Source of the DNA: Escherichia phage AnnaHegner_Bas87
Reading direction: 5' to 3' (one strand)
Sequence record: PQ850594.1
Length of the DNA stretch: 64,000 nucleotides
Part shown: positions 46,580 to 56,274 of the stretch, piece after piece
How positions within the stretch are numbered: the first letter of the stretch is position 1
Layout of the letters: every line of letters starts with the position of its first letter
Program-made: the position numbers and the translations under genes
Notes under the pieces: model-generated
The model's input: the letters and a program-made list of their open reading frames with translations, nothing else
The model's database searches: none
What the model was told of the DNA's origin: nothing

Positions 46580-46791
46580 TAGTAATGTACCTTTCCGCTG
46601 ATATAGAAACGACCTGATTTAAAGTCTTGAGCTTTGTGGATAGTGATCTTATTAATTGTGCTTTCACAACTTAACAAGAACTTCTTATGAGCGCGAGCTT
46701 CTTGACGGGTATTCCTAATACCCATTGACTCTGTACCACTGCTCCAGTGAATACGAACTACCCAACGTCTTTTCATTGTTCCAAACTCCAT
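46579..46791 (-). CDS. small protein, paralog family member 4 of 4
   Basis: 70 aa; TRQEARAHKK ... GKVHY. Confidence 0.45.
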   Translation of the reverse strand: MEFGTMKRRWVVRIHWSSGTESMGIRNTRQEARAHKKFLLSCESTINKITIHKAQDFKSGRFYISGKVHY

Positions 46792-46982
46792 TATCTGTCA
46801 ACCAATTTAGGGACAAACTGCATTACACAGACCTGACTACGAGGGAGATTTATTTCACAAGCGGCTCTTCTCGTCTCAATCTTAACGCTAGAATCTGGAC
46901 CAACGTTAGATATAAATACTCCCATAGCAAATGCCCCAACTACAAAACCAATAGCTAAGTAAGTAGCTTTTTCTTCTTTCAT
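46791..46982 (-). CDS. small membrane protein
   Basis: 63 aa with one TM segment. Confidence 0.35.
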   Translation of the reverse strand: MKEEKATYLAIGFVVGAFAMGVFISNVGPDSSVKIETRRAACEINLPRSQVCVMQFVPKLVDR

Positions 46983-46987
46983 CTTGG

Positions 46988-47521
46988 TTATACACCTTTA
47001 GATGCAACTACCCCATTGCTGCCATTGTAACGACCCTTCACTGCATAGGAATCATCACCAGCGTGAGAGTGTTCAAACATAACCATCTGACCAACACGCA
47101 TCCCAGCACGAACTCGTAAGCTGTGGTTGTGGGTAACGTTATGGAATTCAAAGGTCAGCTTACTGCTGTTAAACCCTGCATCAGCCCAACCAGCATGTAA
47201 GTGGTTCAAACCACAACGAGCCATTGAGGAGCGAAGTACAAACAGACTTGAGATGTTATCTGGAAGGTTAAACTCTTCCATTGAGTGCGCTAAGAAGAAT
47301 TGTCCCGGAGTGATGACAATACCATCTTCAGGGATTTTCACCTCTTTCCACTTGAGGTTTTCTTTAGCATCAATGTCAACAATGCCGTCAGCCTGTTCTT
47401 CAACAAGGATAGTATCACCAATACGGATATCCACACTAGCAGCGTTAACATATTTATGCTCCGCATCTAAAAAGCCATTATCAATAACACTGTGTAATTC
47501 TTGAGAACCTAAAAGACTCAT
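46988..47521 (-). CDS. dCTP deaminase / dUTPase-family enzyme
   Basis: ...NAASVDIRIGDTILV... and downstream motifs typical of dCTP deaminase. Confidence 0.6.
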   Translation of the reverse strand: MSLLGSQELHSVIDNGFLDAEHKYVNAASVDIRIGDTILVEEQADGIVDIDAKENLKWKEVKIPEDGIVITPGQFFLAHSMEEFNLPDNISSLFVLRSSMARCGLNHLHAGWADAGFNSSKLTFEFHNVTHNHSLRVRAGMRVGQMVMFEHSHAGDDSYAVKGRYNGSNGVVASKGV

Positions 47522-48966
47522 GAGTTTCTGTTTCCTTGTACAGATGATGCCAAATTGTTAATCATGTTACGAGCTGTTTCACGAGTCAGCGTAACACCTG
47601 CTAAGTTACTATCAAGTTCACCAACTAATTCACGAGCTGTTGCTCGGAGTTCTGCACCAAGTGTAGTGTTAGAATGAGCCAGACCATTACGACGACCGAC
47701 AGGTCGAGGAGTATTGTTAGCATCATTAGCTAAAGATGCAAAACCAATACGAGCAGCTTCACGAGCGGCTATAGCTGCTACCCGATCTTCCGTAGGGGTT
47801 GGCAAATCACCAACTTCTACACGTTCTATATCACTAGAACGTAGACCCTGAACAACAGAGCTAACTGTTTCCCATGAACGACGGGAGCGCTGCAAATCAC
47901 CCATAGATGGAGAAGAAGCAGGTCGAACAGTTACTCCACCTGTATCATGAGTGACGTGCCATGTACGAGTACCCATTCCAGAAGAACGGGCACTACCAAA
48001 ACTACCAGTGAAAGTATCACGAGGTGACTCTGTAGCAGGTGCTGCGAATCTTGTCTGTTGCCAAGAGTCACGTCTGTCAGTTCCCGGAGTCCAAGGCTGC
48101 GTAATTGCTTCAGCACCTATAGTGGTTAATCCGCTAGACCATTCTGTCTGTAGATTAACTTCCTCGTCCAGATAACTACGACCCCTTTCCTGAGGAATGT
48201 TTAATATAGTTTCCATCATCTTCAGGGTATAATGACGACGCTGATTCTGATATAAATTTACACCAGCCATAGGTCCAACTAAATCACTAATCAGGTGAAC
48301 TTCTGGCTCACCGAAAGCTCCCATTGCAAGGTGCATGTATTCAGTAGAACTGCTATAAACTGCAACAGTTGCTTCAGGCCACTTCTTGTGAACATACTTC
48401 ATTTCACGACTAGATACCACAGGAATGTCACGAGTGTATGACATTGCAAACAAACCTTCGTTTGACACATACAGATTACCAAGAGTCATAAACCCTTGAC
48501 AGATCATAGGAAAGCGACGGCTTAAAGTATCCATATCCAAAGGTAGATTAATCATCATCTGGATTTTAACTTGATCAATCTCAATTTCCAGAATCTCTTG
48601 GAAAGTGAAAAGCGCTTCAGCATAGGTTGTCCCGTTAACAGGCTGAATTAGTCGAGATGTAACCTGAAGCCCCTTACTTTCTGTCCAAGATAAGAAGTTG
48701 TCAAGGAATAGTGCAGCATTACCTACGTTAGCAGGGCTGTTTTCTTGACGAGTGTTCCAACGAAGCCCTCCTTGAACTAGGAAGATATCAACATCATTCG
48801 GAGTTCTATTTTGAAAGAACGTATCACGGATAGCACCACCTGCAATAACAGGATAGATGCCATCAGGGACTACGTTATCTCTGATCAAATTACGAATCAG
48901 GTCAAGCCCTACACTGAGGGCTTCTCCTTCTTGAAGGTTCAATTCAGATAGTGGAATCTTAATCAT
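47518..48966 (-). CDS. Pol-beta-superfamily nucleotidyltransferase (CCA-adding/poly(A) polymerase head-like) with low-complexity C-terminal half
   Basis: ...VIAGGAIRDTFFQNRTPNDVDIFL... (GG..RD...DxD); C-terminal ~230 aa rich in R/S/T/G/A. Confidence 0.55.
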   Translation of the reverse strand: MIKIPLSELNLQEGEALSVGLDLIRNLIRDNVVPDGIYPVIAGGAIRDTFFQNRTPNDVDIFLVQGGLRWNTRQENSPANVGNAALFLDNFLSWTESKGLQVTSRLIQPVNGTTYAEALFTFQEILEIEIDQVKIQMMINLPLDMDTLSRRFPMICQGFMTLGNLYVSNEGLFAMSYTRDIPVVSSREMKYVHKKWPEATVAVYSSSTEYMHLAMGAFGEPEVHLISDLVGPMAGVNLYQNQRRHYTLKMMETILNIPQERGRSYLDEEVNLQTEWSSGLTTIGAEAITQPWTPGTDRRDSWQQTRFAAPATESPRDTFTGSFGSARSSGMGTRTWHVTHDTGGVTVRPASSPSMGDLQRSRRSWETVSSVVQGLRSSDIERVEVGDLPTPTEDRVAAIAAREAARIGFASLANDANNTPRPVGRRNGLAHSNTTLGAELRATARELVGELDSNLAGVTLTRETARNMINNLASSVQGNRNS

Positions 48967-48968
48967 TT

Positions 48969-49517
48969 CTACATTTTCCAGTTGAGAGATGGGGGATTCT
49001 TATAATCAAATCCAGCCATTTGGCAAAGACACATGTAAACCTTAACTGTCAAGTTAACGTCTTGTTCACAATACGTGAACATGTCTTCAGTGAAAGCATC
49101 CCATGCTTCTTCCTGTTCACCATAGTCACCCTTCAGCTCTCCCAGAAATTCGCCCCATTGCTTGAGGCCATGACCGCGAGGTCCGTGTCTAGGGTCGCCT
49201 TTGGGATATTCTGGACTGTCACCAATACGGTCAGGCTTGAGGTATCGACTCAGGCACAGGGTATCAAAGACATTAAAACGAAAAGGTATCACATGAGAGT
49301 AGAATTTAAACAAAGCAGGAAGGTCAAAATCAATAATATTGTGACCTATTACTACATCAGCTTCTTTCAGTTTGTGTAGTGCTTCTTCAATTTGGTGAGG
49401 GCGATACCCCCACCGTTCTCCAGACAGTACATCAAATATCCATATACACCAGACATTCTGAATACCATCATAGAGGTTATCACCTTCAATATCAAACGCA
49501 TACAGTTTCTTTACCAC
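48969..49517 (-). CDS. DEDD-family 3'-5' exonuclease (DnaQ-like)
   Basis: Exo I YAFDIEGD, Exo [16 protein letters not shown], Exo III YCEQDV. Confidence 0.6.
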   Translation of the reverse strand: MVKKLYAFDIEGDNLYDGIQNVWCIWIFDVLSGERWGYRPHQIEEALHKLKEADVVIGHNIIDFDLPALFKFYSHVIPFRFNVFDTLCLSRYLKPDRIGDSPEYPKGDPRHGPRGHGLKQWGEFLGELKGDYGEQEEAWDAFTEDMFTYCEQDVNLTVKVYMCLCQMAGFDYKNPPSLNWKM

Positions 49518-51301
49518 GGACGTGCCTCCCCTTCTTGTGAAAGTAAGGAAGCTGCATCTTCTCCGTTGGTGACTGTAAACGGATTATCTTCATCAACTTC
49601 ATGATCTTCTCGTTCCACAAGACGACCTGTTTCGTTAATGTATTTGGTATAGCAAACCCCTGTCTGTCCATAGTTACGCTCTTTGAGCAGACGTATGATT
49701 GACAAGTTTTTACCTAACCCATCCGCTTGTTTATTACGTTCGAAACCGATAATACATTGACACCAGCGCATTAATGAACGTGAGCCAGTAAACTGTACTT
49801 CTTTAACCTGACCACCTTCTTCGTGAGGGGCACCGCCCGCCGGAGCATTCAAGTGAGATAACACAAAAGCAGTGAAGTCTAATTCCTTACACATACCAGC
49901 AAGCTCTGAAGCAATCTTACTGATTTCTGTATTCACTTCGGATGGAGTTAAGTGAGATACCAATGCAGTGATGTTATCAAGAATGATAAATTTACACTGA
50001 TTCTCAACTACCCAAAAGCGAATACACTGCTTAATGTCTTCCCATTCGTTCTGCCCAAAGTTGTCATACAAGAAAAACTTATCAGCGTATCGAAGTGCTT
50101 CATCTCGTAGCTGGCTTTCTTCGTACTCAACATCTGGTCGGTGGAAAGGTACAGATGCTGACTTACCTGCAATGTTCTTAACAGACATGCCTACCTTCTC
50201 TTCCAAGAAGAAGCCACCACCATTAAAACCATGCTCAAGGCAAAGCCATGCTACCAGTTCGTGTGCGATTAAGGTTTTACCTGAACCAACACCACCGCCG
50301 ATTGCAACCATCTCTCCCCAACGAATACCGAAAGTCATGTCGTTAAGAGTTTTCCACGGATAAGGGATACCCCACTCCGCTTTCTTCAGAGCATCTTCAA
50401 GGCAATCAAAAACTGTAACAGCGCCGGCAGGAGATTCCCGCTTAGCTGAATATTTCAGATTGTTGAAAAGCTCTTGACCTCTCCCTGCAAGTAACATGTC
50501 GTTTGCATCTTTGATTTCCTTTTCTTGTCCGTTATAAGTGAACGTACCTTTTGGAATTCTTGCAAACTTGACATGTGGGTACAGAGAACGACCTTTAGTC
50601 AATGCAATCTCTCCTGCATCATCATTGTCCATGCAGAGTACAATCTCCTCGAAACCATTAATAAAATCACGATTTCTTGACAACACAGAAGAGATTGAAC
50701 CTGCACCGAACGGAAGAGAGACACAAGCAGGTTTGATATTAGTTGCGTTTGTGAACGCAGTAAGTACGTGGAATCCAGACATACAAGAGAGTGGGTCTTC
50801 GAAGATGAAGAGCTTCTTATTGTAAACATCGCCACGTTGTGCTTGAGCCATACCAAATAAGTCGGCTTCTTTCACATTACCTACATAATAGAACTTCTTG
50901 CTGTCTAGAAGTTTTACTTCATATCCAACAATATTCCCATCACGTTCACGAGGGAAGAAGTAGCTGTCAGGAGTTTGACCATCTGTTTGGCTTAAACCGA
51001 TACGGCATCCATAACGTTCAGATACAGCTTTAGGAATTAAGCGACGAGTCAACTCTCCCTGAGGAAGCTCTAAGCAATCGTCTAAGACTTCTCGGAGTTC
51101 TTCAGGGGACAGCTCTTTCTTTTCATTAGGAGTGGGCGTCGTTCCTTTCTCGAAGATTTCATACGCACCACATCTGTTACATGAACCCCACTCCTCACCG
51201 GACTCTTCATTTCGGAAGAGAATCATGTGATTGCGGGTCTTATCACGACCATGAGAGATACACTCTTTACAGCCTGTGTCTCCCAAAATGATCTTTGACA
51301 T
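49511..51301 (-). CDS. primase-helicase (T7 gp4-like)
   Basis: N-terminal Cys4 zinc ribbon, central primase region, C-terminal DnaB-like helicase with Walker [10 protein letters not shown]. Confidence 0.8.
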   Translation of the reverse strand: MSKIILGDTGCKECISHGRDKTRNHMILFRNEESGEEWGSCNRCGAYEIFEKGTTPTPNEKKELSPEELREVLDDCLELPQGELTRRLIPKAVSERYGCRIGLSQTDGQTPDSYFFPRERDGNIVGYEVKLLDSKKFYYVGNVKEADLFGMAQAQRGDVYNKKLFIFEDPLSCMSGFHVLTAFTNATNIKPACVSLPFGAGSISSVLSRNRDFINGFEEIVLCMDNDDAGEIALTKGRSLYPHVKFARIPKGTFTYNGQEKEIKDANDMLLAGRGQELFNNLKYSAKRESPAGAVTVFDCLEDALKKAEWGIPYPWKTLNDMTFGIRWGEMVAIGGGVGSGKTLIAHELVAWLCLEHGFNGGGFFLEEKVGMSVKNIAGKSASVPFHRPDVEYEESQLRDEALRYADKFFLYDNFGQNEWEDIKQCIRFWVVENQCKFIILDNITALVSHLTPSEVNTEISKIASELAGMCKELDFTAFVLSHLNAPAGGAPHEEGGQVKEVQFTGSRSLMRWCQCIIGFERNKQADGLGKNLSIIRLLKERNYGQTGVCYTKYINETGRLVEREDHEVDEDNPFTVTNGEDAASLLSQEGEARPW

Positions 51302-51336
51302 GCTCTATCCTCCTTGGAATTCCTTGAGCAATCTTC

Positions 51337-51594
51337 TTAATAAAACGATCGTATTTCTTCCCACACGTCATCTTGCAAGTTTCGGAAACCCTGCAAGGTT
51401 TGCTTTGTTCTGTGAATAAATTCTTCAGAGTGCTTATCAGGTGTGAGCATACTGACAAACTTTTCATAGCGATTAATCTTCCACCGCATCTTTAAGTAGT
51501 CAGATTCAAGCTTTCTTAATTTCTGCCTGTCAGTTACTGTCATCCTTCTCACCTGCCAGATATGCTGTCCAGTCACCCGATTCAACCAGAACAT
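51337..51594 (-). CDS. hypothetical protein
   Basis: 85-aa ORF; likely shorter true start. Confidence 0.35.
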   Translation of the reverse strand: MFWLNRVTGQHIWQVRRMTVTDRQKLRKLESDYLKMRWKINRYEKFVSMLTPDKHSEEFIHRTKQTLQGFRNLQDDVWEEIRSFY

Positions 51595-51961
51595 CTTGTT
51601 CTTCGTCGATGTGATAAATCCACGCTTCCACAGTTTCGCCGCTGTCCAATAATACTGGAATCAGCGTACGCTTATAAAAGGTGTATGGGTTATCATTGCC
51701 ACGGTGACCTTCCAGACCGTCATATGGGCCTTCCAGACCAGCTTGGGTTGTTTCAAAGACTTCTACACGAACAGGCTTACCATTGCTGTCATGCTCCAAA
51801 GATACACTTGGGAAGTATGCTGTGCAATACTGATACAGGTTACAGTTGTTTACTGTCCACCCTTCACCAATAGACACACCACCTGCACGAGCATTGATAG
51901 CATGGTTGTGTTGACCTTTTCTCAAGCTTCCGTAAGTTGCAACTAGTACTTTATCAGACAT
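51530..51961 (-). CDS. GGCT/AIG2-like protein (gamma-glutamyl cyclotransferase fold)
   Basis: N-terminal VLVATYGSLRKG motif; 143 aa. Confidence 0.5.
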   Translation of the reverse strand: MSDKVLVATYGSLRKGQHNHAINARAGGVSIGEGWTVNNCNLYQYCTAYFPSVSLEHDSNGKPVRVEVFETTQAGLEGPYDGLEGHRGNDNPYTFYKRTLIPVLLDSGETVEAWIYHIDEEQDVLVESGDWTAYLAGEKDDSN

Positions 51962-52027
51962 TATATTACCTTTTAGTGTTTCAGTTAAATTCGAACTAGC
52001 CTCCTCTTTCGAAGAGGCTAAAGCAAA

Positions 52028-52213
52028 TCATTCTACTTCGAAGTGTTTGATCACACCAGTCAACACATCAGATTGGAATGTACCCACTAGCTCTGTACCT
52101 CGGAAGAAGTTAACACTTGTTCCAAGTGATTCAAAGCGATCTGCTTGAATGTCCAGAGATTGAATATTTCCTTCTGCTGACATTGTACGAAACATGATTG
52201 TGTATTTATTCAC
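52028..52213 (-). CDS. hypothetical small protein
   Basis: 61-aa ORF in cassette. Confidence 0.35.
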   Translation of the reverse strand: MNKYTIMFRTMSAEGNIQSLDIQADRFESLGTSVNFFRGTELVGTFQSDVLTGVIKHFEVE

Positions 52214-52452
52214 AGACTTGTTACTCCCTTATCTGCTTGTGCAATTGCGATGATACGCTCAGCACATTCCATTGAATATTTATCACCTCGTTTGAGGAAG
52301 GTGATGATTGCAGAGAACTGATTACCAATCATTCTCTTATTTGTGATACCGAACTCTTCACAGAGTTGGTTGATAGCTTTACGAGAGCCTACAATCAGAG
52401 GCTCTTTTTCTTCGGTCATTCCACGGCTGATCAAATCTTCGATAGACAACAT
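52210..52452 (-). CDS. hypothetical small protein
   Basis: 80-aa ORF in cassette. Confidence 0.35.
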   Translation of the reverse strand: MLSIEDLISRGMTEEKEPLIVGSRKAINQLCEEFGITNKRMIGNQFSAIITFLKRGDKYSMECAERIIAIAQADKGVTSL

Positions 52453-52478
52453 TACAAATTCCTTTTTGTTTAATTTAA

Positions 52479-53714
52479 TTACAGAGTTACTGCTACTTCG
52501 CTACCTTCAACATTGACAGACTCTAACTTGCGAGGGTTATGAATCTGTACCGGATTAACCGGAACGTTCCAACCACTACGGTAGAAGTTACGACCATCAC
52601 AGAACAAAATGACATTGGCAGACATTGCATTCGGTTGCAGGTTGTTATGGACATGACGGATATCTGCAATCCAATAACCACGAGACAAAGTGTAACCAGT
52701 AGGTGCATTACGAATAGTTTGAGTATTCATCTGACCTTCCAGTTGCATCTCTTCAGGAACTACATCTACCGAATCAACTGGCTGTGCTACCTGATCTTCC
52801 AGTGCAAAGTTTTCATCATTAGCGCTTTCGCTGTCATCTACCAACTCACCGTCTCCATCTTCAATCGGAGTCTGGTAAACCACTTTATACTGAGGAGTAT
52901 AGAGAGGGTTCTGAGCTTTAACAAACTCAAGGATGTTATGGCGGTAGGTATCCAGAGTTGTACCAGTCAGGCCCGGTGCTGTATTAACTTCCAGTACCCA
53001 CGCTTCTTGACCTTTGGTGATAATATCAACTGCACCGAAATCCAGACCCATTGATTCAACAGCTTTCACCGCATTGATCAGAGAGGCGTCATTCGGAGCA
53101 TCTGTGAAGGAGCTTGAGTAAACCCAGCCAGTGTGGTGATTACGAATATCTTCACGATAGTTAGGGTCTTCGCGATAACCATTGCGACGAATCTTCTTCT
53201 GAACATAGGTGATTACACCTTTGAACACATGGACACGCCACTCACGACGTGGGCCTTGAATGCCTTTAGTGTACAGTTCAGCTCGACCAAGACCATCACC
53301 CGGTTCTACAACAACAATACCCGAACCAGAGTGACCAGTCAGCTCATGGCGCTCATACACAATATTACCAGTGTTTGACCACTCCTGAGCAGTCTCTTGA
53401 ACATCTGTGTATTCCACAGTTTTAACACCTGCTTGGTCCATCACACTGAAAGCACGACGTTTGTTCGCTGCCATATATAAGGCTGCGGTACGGTTAAGGA
53501 CGGTTGCAGAACCAAAGAATGATTCAGGATAGCGACGGTTCCCGTAGTTAACAACCACATCACCTTCACGAGAACGCCAGCGGCTATTCTCTGAAAGAAG
53601 ACCCATCACGTTAGCATTGATGCGTTCATCACGGATAGTATCACTGATAGCAGATACTAGAGCGTTAACAGAATCAGACGGGCCATACGGAAGAACACGG
53701 ATACGAGTAGTCAT
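52479..53714 (-). CDS. ATP-grasp ligase (RimK-like)
   Basis: ...DFGAVDIITKGQEAWVLEVNTAPGL... ATP-grasp signature; ~130-aa C-terminal extension. Confidence 0.6.
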   Translation of the reverse strand: MTTRIRVLPYGPSDSVNALVSAISDTIRDERINANVMGLLSENSRWRSREGDVVVNYGNRRYPESFFGSATVLNRTAALYMAANKRRAFSVMDQAGVKTVEYTDVQETAQEWSNTGNIVYERHELTGHSGSGIVVVEPGDGLGRAELYTKGIQGPRREWRVHVFKGVITYVQKKIRRNGYREDPNYREDIRNHHTGWVYSSSFTDAPNDASLINAVKAVESMGLDFGAVDIITKGQEAWVLEVNTAPGLTGTTLDTYRHNILEFVKAQNPLYTPQYKVVYQTPIEDGDGELVDDSESANDENFALEDQVAQPVDSVDVVPEEMQLEGQMNTQTIRNAPTGYTLSRGYWIADIRHVHNNLQPNAMSANVILFCDGRNFYRSGWNVPVNPVQIHNPRKLESVNVEGSEVAVTL

Positions 53715-53716
53715 TT

Positions 53717-53947
53717 TTAGATACCTTTTAGTTTAAGAATTTCGTTACGACAGGATTGAATTTTAGCTTCGATTGCCCAATACTCAGCGAACATTTCGTC
53801 TTCTTGGGCATCGCTTGGAGAGTCAATTAAGTTAAAAGCAAACGGATACAGCTTTCGCTGCTCCGTTACCAGTTGTTGAAGTCGGAGTTGTTGATACTCC
53901 AGCATTGTCAGGTGAGGCTTAGCTCCCTTGCTTGACATGAGGCTCAA
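53717..53947 (-). CDS. hypothetical small protein
   Basis: 76-aa ORF. Confidence 0.35.
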   Translation of the reverse strand: MSLMSSKGAKPHLTMLEYQQLRLQQLVTEQRKLYPFAFNLIDSPSDAQEDEMFAEYWAIEAKIQSCRNEILKLKGI

Positions 53948-54152
53948 CTTTAATCCCCTTCATTTTAACATAGTCAGCCAACACGTTATTGATAACGGTT
54001 GGAAAAGGGATTTCTACTGGAGAGTCAACCAGCTTCCCAATACCTTCTTGCATCCACTTCTGGATTGCTCGGAGGTTATCACATCCTGTGCTTGTCATCG
54101 GAATACGGCGGGTAGTTACCACGTTATCCAACATCAGTTTACGAACTTCCAT
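53919..54152 (-). CDS. hypothetical small protein
   Basis: 77-aa ORF. Confidence 0.35.
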   Translation of the reverse strand: MEVRKLMLDNVVTTRRIPMTSTGCDNLRAIQKWMQEGIGKLVDSPVEIPFPTVINNVLADYVKMKGIKVEPHVKQGS

Positions 54153-54163
54153 AACTATACCTC

Positions 54164-56197
54164 TTAGTGTTTACCTTTACAGTAATCTGAATTACAGATC
54201 ACCCTGTTTTCTTTGTTCAGTGAGCAAGTTTCTGCATCACGCCACGGAATTTGTTTATAACAGACTGCACAAAACCCAATTGAAGTCCAGAGGGCTTTTG
54301 TAAACTCAGCTGTTCGTTGTCCATCGTAACTGACAACTGTTTTTCGGAGAGAGGTTGACTTTTCTGGAAATGTCTCCGCTTTCTCAGCGGGTACCTCCTT
54401 TGGGGCATTCTTTGGACCATAAACAGAGATGGCATAAGTATCACCACCACGTTTTTCCAAATACGAATTAGGAACATCTGCAAGTGTGATGTCCCCTGAA
54501 CGTTTTGCTGAGCTGACCATTACAATCATACGGCTAAGCATACGTTCATCAACACGAACAGCTACTTCAGGACGACGTGGGTTGGTTGTGTCTACTGCTT
54601 TAGTCCAAATATAACCTTCAGATAGAGTAACATTCTTTACTTTATCTTTGATTTCTTTGGAGCAGATATAACAAACGTCTTCACCACGAAGTTTACTCAT
54701 TTCGTTGTCAAACTCGAAATCAGTCTTGACTTCACCACAGATAGCACATACACCCAAAGGCACATCTTCTTCCTCTTCAGAGGTTTTAGATAACGCTTCG
54801 AAGCATTCTGGATGCCAGTATGCCTGATAAGCAAACACAGCCTTACGAGCATCTTTCCAGTCAATGTGCTTATCACAACCACCACAGTCACCATGAGAGT
54901 GAGATTCCCAGAACTTACGAGTGACTTCTACACCATTCTTAGTGATGAAGGAGTCCTCTGCATCAAAAGGGATATCATCATCAAAATCAGCAGTAGTGCT
55001 TTGAGGCTCCTTATCTGTAGCATCAACAAACAGCCCTGAAGTTAGTACGAGGCGAATCATACTGTCCACTTCGGAGATACAAGCGATTGTCCCGCGATAT
55101 ACTACCTTTGGGTTTTCAAGAGCCTTAAGATATTCATCTTTGGCTACGTTGTGAACATCCCCTTCGACATACTCTTGGGCTTTATCATCGTAGATGTAAC
55201 CAACCATCTTACCACGATCTGTGTTGTTATAAGCATGGAACTCGTGAGGAATAATATCCACACGACCATCACGACGATAAGGAAGACCACGATCGGCAGC
55301 CAGTTTGTTCTGGTCTTCAATCGCTTTACGACGACGAATGTCTCCGCTTGTCACGCCGGGCTTGTCGTCTTTGTTTCCGTAAATGTCGCTTGTGCTGCTG
55401 CTTGGTTTGTTTGTCTGTTGGTTCTGATAAAGAGAGGAGTTCGAGTAATAGCCGCCCCAGCGACTCGTTACCGTAAAAACCGGAAGCTTGTGCTCCACCT
55501 CTTGAACCAGAGTCATACGACTGTTAGACACATCAAAGATATACTCAGTTCCCACTTTACACTCGAAGTGGTCATTGATACGGTTCTTGTGGGATTTAGA
55601 ACGCTCTAAAATCCACATAAGCATAGCTTCTTCAGAAGCCCCAAACCAATCCAAACCACAGCGGGCTAGGTGGAAAGGACGCTCATCATTACGGATAATG
55701 TGAAGCGTGTTGTCTTTAGCATCATGCCAAATCAAAGTGAATGCACCATCCAGTTTTTGGATAGTCTCTGCTGCTCCAATGGTGTTAATTGAGTGGCAGA
55801 TGTTTTCACTATCAACTTCGAAACGCTTACTGTCAGGAAGGAGATCTTGATCTAACAGGGTTCCATTATGAACCAGAGTAATATCCCCGTGAGTAAATGG
55901 GTGAGCATTTCGAGCATTGACAGCCCCACGAGTGGCATGTCGGCTGTGACCAACAATCCACGAAGGAGGAACTACGTAGTTCGTAAGCCCTTTGGTAATA
56001 TTTGTATATTCTGTCTGGAGCATAAAAGCATAAGAAGGAAGAGCTTCTTTATAAGAGAAGACTTGCTTTTCACCTTTACGCTGACCAAACACACCAGTTG
56101 AGTGCTGTCCACGGAAAACACCAGCATACAGAAGTTGGTTGAAAATGTCCAAATCTGCTGAGGTCATGTTGCCGCCAGCTAATACGATACCACAAAT
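54164..56197 (-). CDS. class-II (Ntn) glutamine amidotransferase domain fused to Cys-rich zinc-ribbon region; probable AUU start directly before catalytic Cys
   Basis: in-frame ...TAG AAA ATT TGT GGT ATC GTA... gives (I)CGIVLAGGNMTSADL...FRGQHSTGVFG matching GAT-II N-termini; AGGTGG 8 nt upstream of ATT; no asparagine-synthetase PP-loop seen. Confidence 0.55.
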   Translation of the reverse strand: MCGIVLAGGNMTSADLDIFNQLLYAGVFRGQHSTGVFGQRKGEKQVFSYKEALPSYAFMLQTEYTNITKGLTNYVVPPSWIVGHSRHATRGAVNARNAHPFTHGDITLVHNGTLLDQDLLPDSKRFEVDSENICHSINTIGAAETIQKLDGAFTLIWHDAKDNTLHIIRNDERPFHLARCGLDWFGASEEAMLMWILERSKSHKNRINDHFECKVGTEYIFDVSNSRMTLVQEVEHKLPVFTVTSRWGGYYSNSSLYQNQQTNKPSSSTSDIYGNKDDKPGVTSGDIRRRKAIEDQNKLAADRGLPYRRDGRVDIIPHEFHAYNNTDRGKMVGYIYDDKAQEYVEGDVHNVAKDEYLKALENPKVVYRGTIACISEVDSMIRLVLTSGLFVDATDKEPQSTTADFDDDIPFDAEDSFITKNGVEVTRKFWESHSHGDCGGCDKHIDWKDARKAVFAYQAYWHPECFEALSKTSEEEEDVPLGVCAICGEVKTDFEFDNEMSKLRGEDVCYICSKEIKDKVKNVTLSEGYIWTKAVDTTNPRRPEVAVRVDERMLSRMIVMVSSAKRSGDITLADVPNSYLEKRGGDTYAISVYGPKNAPKEVPAEKAETFPEKSTSLRKTVVSYDGQRTAEFTKALWTSIGFCAVCYKQIPWRDAETCSLNKENRVICNSDYCKGKH

Positions 56198-56274
56198 TTT
56201 CTAATCCACCTGAAGGGTAAACCCTTTCATCTAATTAACCTTTAAATGCGCCCTGTATAAGAGCGCCCGTTGTG

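Noticed and set aside
44056-46791. Ribosomal protein bS21 or KTSC-domain assignment for the 70-aa paralog family
   Set aside because: RRFKR-like and C-terminal YY resemblances are too short and positionally inconsistent with those families.
54164-56167. Asparagine synthetase annotation for the GAT-II protein
   Set aside because: GAT-II N-terminus is present but no PP-loop (SGGxDS) synthetase domain follows; the C-terminal region is Cys-rich zinc-ribbon-like instead.
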